A program made the position numbers and the translations under genes. This document shows, in pieces, positions 30,596 through 37,819 of a DNA stretch of 64,000 nucleotides. The DNA is from Planctomycetota bacterium (GTDB lineage: Bacteria; Planctomycetota; B15-G4), in contig CBDFJQ010000002.1 of the NCBI GenBank assembly GCA_965248575.1, forward strand, positions 3,360,001 through 3,424,000, read 5' to 3'. Each line of letters begins with the position of its first letter. The stretch's first letter is position 1. The notes under the pieces were generated by a model. It was given only the letters and a program-made list of their open reading frames with translations. It was not told where the DNA came from and made no database searches.

Positions 30596-31266
30596 GGCGG
30601 TCGAACTCCGGCGGGGCGCCAGCCCTCTCGTCGGGGCCTCTGGGGCCCTCTATCGGCACGTCCGGACGTCCCGCTTGACGCTTCACCACCTGGCAGCGGG
30701 CTTGGGCTCCCGCTCGGAACCGCGGGAGATGTCTCCCGAGACATGGGTTGCTCCCGATAGGCAGCCACGAACCGACGCGCTCGGTAGAGGCGCACCCGAA
30801 GTGCCGAAGGACTGAGGCCTGAGAAGCGGCACAGAAGGGCCTGCTTGAACCCGCGACCGTAATGGAGTTCCAGCAACAGCCGCTGGTGGGCGGGCAGTCC
30901 CATGAACCCCGCCAGCTCACCCCATCCCCCCTGAGAGCCGTCCTGCTCACTCCTCTGGGATTCTGACCCCATCCCCCCATCAGGGCCCTGATTCGCTGCC
31001 CCGTGGCTGTCCGCGGCCCACTCCTCCGCCTCCTCCGGCATGCTGGCCCAGACCCCTCTCCGAACCCGCCGGGAACGCACATGGTCAATGGCCGCGTGCC
31101 GACAGATCCGGAACAGCCAGGCCTCGGCCCGGCCATCGGACCGCAGGCGGGCCCGTGGTGCCCGGGCCCTCAGCATCACGTCTTGCACGATGTCCTCAGC
31201 CTCGTGTGCGTCTTTGACGAACCGTCTCGCGAAGGCCACCAACCGACGCCGCATGCTCGCCTGCAT
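30553..31266 (-). CDS. ECF sigma-70 factor with low-complexity linker and tail
   Basis: AAGGAGG RBS before ATG 31266; EAEDIVQDV, WLFRICRHAAIDH, LP..QR...L.Y..G...RVRLYRARR. Confidence 0.8.
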   Translation of the reverse strand: MQASMRRRLVAFARRFVKDAHEAEDIVQDVMLRARAPRARLRSDGRAEAWLFRICRHAAIDHVRSRRVRRGVWASMPEEAEEWAADSHGAANQGPDGGMGSESQRSEQDGSQGGWGELAGFMGLPAHQRLLLELHYGRGFKQALLCRFSGLSPSALRVRLYRARRFVAAYREQPMSRETSPAVPSGSPSPLPGGEASSGTSGRADRGPQRPRREGWRPAGVRPPCPPRRDSPSVPWI

Positions 31267-31423
31267 CCAAACCTCCTTCTCATTACCCATGCCCGGACCC
31301 TCCCCTGGTGTGATCTCCGCGTGCTGACCCGGGCCACCAACACGTGTTGGCCGCGCCCTCTCGAAGGACGGGCCAGATGCCAGGCACCAGGCCGGAGTCA
31401 CAGGGCGATTGAAGCGGAAGGGG

Positions 31424-32182
31424 TCAGCGCCTGGCGGGTGCGCGACCCAACGCGTCAATGTCCGCCATGATGGCGCTGGAGAAAGCCTCGTCAGCGCCAC
31501 GTCCAGCGGGGAACTCACTCCGCAAGCGGGACGCACCCGAACGGATCGTGATGACTCCTGACCGCAGGCGCGCACTCCCTTTGAGCAGCACCTCGCGCGT
31601 CCCACCGATGTGAATCGGCACCACGGGGGCGCCGGACATGCGCGCCAACCACGCCATGCCGGGCTGAGCCGGTTGCTGCTCACCGTCAGGCGAAATGGTG
31701 CCCTCCGGGAAGATCGCCAGGGCCTTCCCCGCGTCGAGAACCCGCTTGCCCAGCCGCAGGGCGCGTCGGTTCTCGGCCCCGGTCTCGACCGGGATGCAGC
31801 GCGACATGCTGTACATCCAGTTCAGATGGGGCATGTCGTAATACTTGGCATGCATCATGAAGATGATGCGCCGGTTCTCCAGCGTGCCGAGCACGATGGG
31901 GTCCAAGAAGGAGCGGTGGTTGGGAGCCAGGATCACAGGGCCTTCCGGGAAGGGGCCCAGGTCCGCGCGACTCGTGTGGAACACGGTGCGCATCCCCAAG
32001 GAGAGCACGCCCGTCACGAAGCGGTAGCCCATGGCGTTGACCAGGCCCGTTGGCTCCAGCGGGTCGACCCGTCGCACGAGGCCGCGCGGTTTCGTTTTGG
32101 GTTGGCCTGGAGTCACAGAAGTCGATCCATCACCCGCCCCGGTCGCGGTCGTCGCGCCGTCCACAATCGAAGAACTGCCCAC
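31424..32182 (-). CDS. Lysophospholipid acyltransferase (PlsC family)
   Basis: NHRSFLD, IFPEGT, VVPI. GAGGAGG RBS before GTG 32182. Confidence 0.9.
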   Translation of the reverse strand: MGSSSIVDGATTATGAGDGSTSVTPGQPKTKPRGLVRRVDPLEPTGLVNAMGYRFVTGVLSLGMRTVFHTSRADLGPFPEGPVILAPNHRSFLDPIVLGTLENRRIIFMMHAKYYDMPHLNWMYSMSRCIPVETGAENRRALRLGKRVLDAGKALAIFPEGTISPDGEQQPAQPGMAWLARMSGAPVVPIHIGGTREVLLKGSARLRSGVITIRSGASRLRSEFPAGRGADEAFSSAIMADIDALGRAPARR

Positions 32183-32195
32183 GTCGAGCTCCTCC

Positions 32196-33332
32196 TCAGA
32201 GCTCGGCAGCAGCCTTGCTACCCCAGCTGGACGTCGCGTAGCCATCGGCGCAACGCTTCAGCAGGATCTTTCCGAAGCGCTCGGCGTCGAGCTCCGAAGA
32301 ATCGAGGCTGGCGACATTCAAGAACGTCTGCCCGCCCCAGTACAGGGCCTCTGGCTGCTCGCGGGCCACGCCGCGGTAAACCGTCTGGACCCGCAGGAAA
32401 TCGAGCCGTGCAGCGCGGAAGGAGGCCAGCGCATCTTCGCGGAAGCCCTGCGCCCGGTCGTCCTGCTTCTTGCTCTGCGCCTCCTTCGACTTCTGCAGTT
32501 CGGTCTGCGCCTGCCAAAAGAGGCAGCGCCCGCGACCGTTGAAGGCCCCTGCCACCACCGCCAGTTCCGTGGACAAGCGGCTCGCGATGATGTCGTCGAA
32601 GAGCGGCAGGGCGTTGTCGAGATCGTCGATGCCCAGATACACCCGGCCCATGCGCATGGCGCATTGGTTGGCCACGCTCTTGAAGTCATCGTCGGTGCGC
32701 TTGCGAAGGTCCTTGTATCCCTTCAAGACGTCCTCACCGTTGGCCTCCGCCGCCCACAGCAGCGCGAACTCAGCCTCATAACCCCAAGCTTCACCCAGGT
32801 CCTTGCCCTCGACCTCCGCCTTCAGCTTGGTGAACACCTGGCTGGCCTGCCCCAGCTGACGGTTCAAGAACAAACCGCGGCCCTTGCCGAGCAGCGCCCT
32901 GGCGTAATGCCGGGTGTCGCGGAAGGTGCTGAGGAGTTCGTCGAAGATCACCACCGCGTCGGCGAAGTTGTTGTTGGCCAGCAGCGCATCGCCGCAGTTC
33001 GCGTAGGCCGTGGCCCGCACGAAGTCCGAGAGGTCCTCGTTCACGGCAGCCAGTTCGAACGCCCTGGCCGCAGCCAGGGAGTCACCGCTGGCCAAGGCTG
33101 CCACGCCCTTGGTGAAGTTCGGGGACGTCCGGCCGTACTCGATGCGCCGGACCTCCTTGCTGTCCACCTTCTGGGTCACCGACTTGCGCCGGTACTCGAC
33201 CTTCGAGAAAGACTCGCTCCGAACCGCCACGCCCAGGATCTCCCGGCCATCGTGCAGATAGAGATCGTCCGCAAAGGCGGGTGTCGCCAGCAGGGCGACG
33301 AAAAGCAGGGCGGTGCGGCTCAGGGTGCTCAA
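32196..33332 (-). CDS. Secreted TPR-repeat protein
   Basis: Signal peptide AFA|DDLYLHDG, then helical TPR-like repeats. Confidence 0.75.
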   Translation of the reverse strand: MSTLSRTALLFVALLATPAFADDLYLHDGREILGVAVRSESFSKVEYRRKSVTQKVDSKEVRRIEYGRTSPNFTKGVAALASGDSLAAARAFELAAVNEDLSDFVRATAYANCGDALLANNNFADAVVIFDELLSTFRDTRHYARALLGKGRGLFLNRQLGQASQVFTKLKAEVEGKDLGEAWGYEAEFALLWAAEANGEDVLKGYKDLRKRTDDDFKSVANQCAMRMGRVYLGIDDLDNALPLFDDIIASRLSTELAVVAGAFNGRGRCLFWQAQTELQKSKEAQSKKQDDRAQGFREDALASFRAARLDFLRVQTVYRGVAREQPEALYWGGQTFLNVASLDSSELDAERFGKILLKRCADGYATSSWGSKAAAEL

Positions 33333-33403
33333 AGCTGGACTCCGGGGTCGAGCTGGACGGATCTAGGGAACTCAATCTGAGTTAGGCGTCGAATCAGGAG
33401 AGG

Positions 33404-34261
33404 TTACTGGCGGCCGTCGAGAGGGGTCAAGGTGCTGCGGACGGCGCGCGGAGTTTGGAGCGAGCCATCGGGAGCCTGCTCGGCCCCTCGGACGAGGCCA
33501 ATCAACTGGGCCACGATGGAGACAGCGATCTCTGAGGCCGTCTTGGCCCCGATCGGCAGACCCACGGGAGAAACGATGGCCTGTAGCCAGGAATCCTCGA
33601 CCCCCTGCTCCGCGAGGCGTGCCAGGAGGGTCGCGCGCTTGGACGTGGAGCCGATCATGCCCAGGAAGCGCGGCGCCACACCCGCTGCCGCGAGGGCCGA
33701 AAGCACCCGCTCGTCATCGTGGTGTCCGCGGGTCATGACCACCACGAAATCCAGGTCGCCGATCCGGGCGTTGCGGGACGTCTGCTCATAGTCCCCTGGC
33801 ACCTTCTTGGAGGTCGCCGGCAAGCGCTCGTCCTCGAGCATGTCCGGGCGGTCGTCGTAGAGCGACACGTGGAAACCGGACTCCGTGGCCAAGCTGGCGG
33901 TGGCACCGCCCACGTGACCTGCGCCAAAGATGTGCAGGGCCGGGGCCGTCACGGGCTCGATGAAGACGATGACCGTTCCTCCGCAAATGAGACCGCTGTC
34001 AGGGTAGTGCTCCTCGGTGAGCGTGAACTTCACGCTCATCGAGCGCTGGCTGCGCATGACATCCTTGGCGTGCTCCCAGACCTCTGCCTCAAGGCACCCA
34101 CCCCCCACCGAACCGACGAAGGTGCCGTCCCCGCGCACCAGCATCTTCATGGGGTCCTTGCCTGGGGTGGAACCCATGGTCGAGACGATCGTGGCCAAGG
34201 CTGCTGGCTCGCCGCGGGCTCGGCAGGCGACGATCTCCTCCCAGATGTCAGCGGCCATCAC
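33404..34261 (-). CDS. XdhC/CoxI-family molybdoenzyme maturation factor
   Basis: GSTPG..GSVGGGCLE, CGG.V.VFIEP, IFGAGHV, MTRGH..D, GMIGS..K, PVGLPIGAKT..EIAVSI. Confidence 0.92.
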   Translation of the reverse strand: MMAADIWEEIVACRARGEPAALATIVSTMGSTPGKDPMKMLVRGDGTFVGSVGGGCLEAEVWEHAKDVMRSQRSMSVKFTLTEEHYPDSGLICGGTVIVFIEPVTAPALHIFGAGHVGGATASLATESGFHVSLYDDRPDMLEDERLPATSKKVPGDYEQTSRNARIGDLDFVVVMTRGHHDDERVLSALAAAGVAPRFLGMIGSTSKRATLLARLAEQGVEDSWLQAIVSPVGLPIGAKTASEIAVSIVAQLIGLVRGAEQAPDGSLQTPRAVRSTLTPLDGRQ

Positions 34262-34601
34262 CAGCCCCCTCGCTCAGTGCGTGCACGAAGATCTTCCCGT
34301 CGCCGATCCTGCCGGTGCGGGCGCCACGACACACAGCCTCCAGCGCGTCGTCGAGCTGCTCGGCAGGGACCGTGAACTCGAGCCGCACCTTCGGCAGGAA
34401 GCTGCCCTCGAACTGGCCCGGCTCGTAGAACTCCAGGTGCCCCTTCTGTCGCCCGTAGCCCTTCACCTGCTCGATGGCCACGTGCTCGGGCGCGAGGGGA
34501 AGCAGCTCCTCCATCACCGCGTCGACGGCCAAGGCGCGGACCACTGCGATGACCCGGGTGCGGGTCCCAGCAGGCAACGACGAAGGGCGGGTGGAGTCCA
34601 T
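34248..34601 (-). CDS. P-II family nitrogen regulator (GlnK/GlnB-like, C-terminally truncated)
   Basis: VKGYGRQKG, FLPKVRLE, ARTGRIGDGKIFV. Lacks the terminal IRIRTGE. Confidence 0.88.
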   Translation of the reverse strand: MDSTRPSSLPAGTRTRVIAVVRALAVDAVMEELLPLAPEHVAIEQVKGYGRQKGHLEFYEPGQFEGSFLPKVRLEFTVPAEQLDDALEAVCRGARTGRIGDGKIFVHALSEGAGDGR

Positions 34602-34613
34602 GGGGCCGACAGT

Positions 34614-36281
34614 CTACTGGCCAGACGTCGTCTCGCGCCGCAGCTTGCCCTTCAGCTCCTGCCATTCCCGGGGACACAGGCGCGGGGCCAGCAGCAGGAA
34701 GCCTCCGAGACCAGTCGCCAGGCCGGCGAGTACCCGCAGCAGGGCAGCGCCTCGGCCCTGTCCTAGTTGGGTGGCGAGGCCTGCATCCACGCCTGCCACG
34801 GCGAGGGCCAACAGCAGCCCAAGCAGCAGGGTAGGCAGGAGCCCCGAGATGAGGCGCTCACCCGGCCGCAGGTCGAGCTGCCTGCGCACGCCCATGGAGA
34901 GCAAGACGGTGGTGACCAGGGCCGTGATGGAGGTCGCCGCCGCCAGGCCCAGCTCGGCGTAGGGGCCCACCAACAGCAGGTCCAAGGCGATGTTGACCCC
35001 GGTCGTCACCAGGCCCACCTGGACCGGCAGGCGCACATTGCCCATGGCGTAGCACGCCCGGGTCAGCAGCATCGCCGTCCCCGCGAAGGGGATACCGAGC
35101 GAGTACCCCAAGAGGGCCTGGGAGGTTGCCGCCGTGTTCACCGGCCGGAACTCACCGCTCTCGTAGAGCAAGCGGATCACCGGCTGCGCCAACACGGCCA
35201 AGCCAACGGCAGCCGGAACAGACACAAGCAGGTTCGTCCGCAAGGCGAAGCTGGCCGTCTTCCCGGCTCCGCGGCGGTCTCCCATGGCCACCATCTTGGA
35301 CAGGGTGGGGAAGACCGCCGTCACCAGCGCCACCGCGACCAGGCCCAAGGGAAACTGCATCAGGCGCATGCCGTGGTAGAGGTGCGTGACCGCGCCCTCG
35401 CCCAGGCTGCGCATGGCGATGGTGCGGTCCGCCAGGACGTTCAGCTGTGCGCTGCCCATGCCCAGCAACATCGGCCCCACGACGAGGGCGACCTCCGACA
35501 ACTCCGGCGACCTCCTCGGCCACTGGAGTCGGAAGGGAACACCGTGTTGTCGCAGGGCGCGCAGGTGCCAGGCGATTTGCACGGCCGCCGCGACCAGGAT
35601 CGACGCCGCGATGATGGTCCCCTGTTGTGCCATGGGTTGCGCCAGGGGTCCGCGCGCCTGGCCCGCCCCGTCAACTGCTGGGCCTTGAGCGCTCCCCCAC
35701 CAGGCCGCGGCACCGATACCGCCCAACCAGATGACATTCAGGATGATGGGGCTGAACGCCGGCACGCCGAACTCCCCCGACGCGTGCAGGACCGCCATGA
35801 ACTGGGCGATGACGCAGATGGCTGCGAGATAGGGCAGCAGCATCCGGGAGTAATGCAGAGTGAGTTGCACCGTCCCGACGTCGTCCTGGCCTAGCACCCC
35901 TGTGACCCAGCTCTCGGGCAGCAGATAGGTGGCCGCGATCAGCACGGCGACCAGAGCCACCAGGAAAGCCGCGACGGAGGAGATGACGGCATTGGCCACC
36001 TGCAGCGCCCGCTCCCGGCCCTCCTTGTGAAGCACCCGGGTGAAAACCGGCAGGAAGGCGGAGCCCAGCGCCCCCTCGCCGAAGAGGCGCCGGAACAGGT
36101 TCGGGAGGGTCCAGGCGAAGGTCAGCGCATCATTGACCGCCGTCGCGCCCAGGACATGGGCTGTGGCCATGTCGCGCAGGAGCCCCATCACCCGTGAGGC
36201 GAGGGTGAGCAGGGAGACCACGCCTGCGGAGCGCAGGAAGCCTCCGTCCGCAGGGGAATCCGATGGGTCCTTGGGCGTCAC
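34614..36281 (-). CDS. murJ: Lipid II flippase MurJ (MviN)
   Basis: SRVMGLLRD, PNLFRRLFGEGALGSAFLP, RLMQFPLG, FPTLS. Start is GTG 36281 or 36290. Confidence 0.92.
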   Translation of the reverse strand: MTPKDPSDSPADGGFLRSAGVVSLLTLASRVMGLLRDMATAHVLGATAVNDALTFAWTLPNLFRRLFGEGALGSAFLPVFTRVLHKEGRERALQVANAVISSVAAFLVALVAVLIAATYLLPESWVTGVLGQDDVGTVQLTLHYSRMLLPYLAAICVIAQFMAVLHASGEFGVPAFSPIILNVIWLGGIGAAAWWGSAQGPAVDGAGQARGPLAQPMAQQGTIIAASILVAAAVQIAWHLRALRQHGVPFRLQWPRRSPELSEVALVVGPMLLGMGSAQLNVLADRTIAMRSLGEGAVTHLYHGMRLMQFPLGLVAVALVTAVFPTLSKMVAMGDRRGAGKTASFALRTNLLVSVPAAVGLAVLAQPVIRLLYESGEFRPVNTAATSQALLGYSLGIPFAGTAMLLTRACYAMGNVRLPVQVGLVTTGVNIALDLLLVGPYAELGLAAATSITALVTTVLLSMGVRRQLDLRPGERLISGLLPTLLLGLLLALAVAGVDAGLATQLGQGRGAALLRVLAGLATGLGGFLLLAPRLCPREWQELKGKLRRETTSGQ

Positions 36282-36339
36282 CCCCGGCACACTACCGGCC
36301 GGGGATGGGCGCCTCCAGAGAAGTCAGGGGCGGACGCCT

Positions 36340-37452
36340 TCAGGCGCCGGTGCCTGCCTCCCGGGAGCCCGTCGCCGCGGCGCTTCCGGCTGCTGCCTTG
36401 GCGGCCGCCTTGCCCTCGACAAGCACGGCCTCGGCCACTTCCTGCGCGGCGTCGTGGGTCGTGATGTCCCGGGACTTCGCGGTCTCGAAGACCGAGGTGA
36501 GCGCCTCACCGATGTTGTCGATCTTCTTGATGGCGCGCTCTTCGTTGTAGCCGCCCTCTTCCAGCTCGAGGGAGACGTTGATGATGCCGCCGGCGTTGAT
36601 GACATAGTCAGGTGCGTAGAGGATTCCACGCTCCTTGAGCATCAGGGCGTGCCTGTTCTCGTCCTCGAGCTGGTTGTTCGCAGCACCCGCCACCACGCTG
36701 CACTTGAGGCGCGGGATGGTGTTGTCGTTGAGCGTGGCACCCAGGGCGTTGGGCGAGTAGATGTCGCAGGCGACGTCGTAGACCGCGTCGGGATCGACAA
36801 GCTCGGCGTTCAACTCGTTGCGCGCGCGGGCGATGTTGTCGGCGTTCACATCCGCGACGATGACCTTCGCGCCATGCTCCACGAGCATCTGGCCCACCAC
36901 GAAGCCCACGCTTCCGGCGCCCTGAAGGGCAACGACCTTGCCCTCGAGGTTGTCAGAGCCGTAGGCCGCACGAGCCGCCGACTGGATCCCCACGAAGGTG
37001 CCACGCGCGGTGTAGGGGCTGGGGTTGTCGCTGCCACCCATGTCCATGGGCAGGCCCGTGACGTGCGCCGTGTGCTTCTTGACCGACATCAGGTCAGACA
37101 CACCGACGTTCACGTCTTCGGCCGTGATGTAGAGGCCGCCGAAGGAGTCGACGAAGCGACCCATCGCCTCGAACAGCTGCTCGCTCTTGTTGGCGGCGTC
37201 GGCAACGATCACGGACTTGCCGCCACCCAGGCCGGTACGAGCCACGGCCGACTTGAAGGTCATTCCACGGGAGAGGCGCAGGACGTCGCGCTGGGCGTCA
37301 GCCTCCGAGGCGTAGTTCCACAGACGCATGCCACCCAGTGCCGGGCCGAGCGTGGTGTCGTGCACTGCAATGAACGCCACCAGTCCGGTCTCGGGATCTT
37401 CAGCCCGAGCAACCTTCTCGTATCCCGGTACTTCGATCGGCGTGATCTTCAT
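36340..37452 (-). CDS. Leu/Phe/Val dehydrogenase
   Basis: TTLGPALGGMR, GMTFK, GGGK, TAEDVN, QGAGSVG, GAANNQL, APDYVINAGG. Start MKITPI at 37452. Confidence 0.93.
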   Translation of the reverse strand: MKITPIEVPGYEKVARAEDPETGLVAFIAVHDTTLGPALGGMRLWNYASEADAQRDVLRLSRGMTFKSAVARTGLGGGKSVIVADAANKSEQLFEAMGRFVDSFGGLYITAEDVNVGVSDLMSVKKHTAHVTGLPMDMGGSDNPSPYTARGTFVGIQSAARAAYGSDNLEGKVVALQGAGSVGFVVGQMLVEHGAKVIVADVNADNIARARNELNAELVDPDAVYDVACDIYSPNALGATLNDNTIPRLKCSVVAGAANNQLEDENRHALMLKERGILYAPDYVINAGGIINVSLELEEGGYNEERAIKKIDNIGEALTSVFETAKSRDITTHDAAQEVAEAVLVEGKAAAKAAAGSAAATGSREAGTGA

Positions 37453-37634
37453 CGTGTGAGCTGTCCATGGGTTCTTCGACATGTGCTTTGGCCGAGGAGG
37501 CCTGAGGCCCGTGTCCTTCCTGGAACACGCACCCGATGCTGGGAGCGACCGAGGGGCCCACTCCCTGCGATGGGCCTGGGGGGGCCCGCCCCGCACGAGA
37601 CATCTAGCAGTGGCTGCCGGCCCGGCGGGCGGGG

Positions 37635-37665
37635 AGTCTAGCACGCCAGACTGGGCCCTCGACAA
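37635..37665 (-). promoter_or_regulatory. Putative extended -10 promoter for the amino-acid dehydrogenase
   Basis: Minus strand TGcTAGACT (37643-37635) with TTGTCG 19 nt upstream of the hexamer. Confidence 0.4.
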
Positions 37666-37819
37666 GCGGCGGGACGGCCCAAAGCGGGCCTCCAGATGGC
37701 GTTCTGGGAGGGCGGAATCGAAAGGGAATGCAGGCACCGTGCTTGACCATCCTTATCCGCCTCGCTATGGCTTGGGGCTCTCCGGCGCCGACCCCCAGTC
37801 CGAGCAGCAGGCATAAGTC

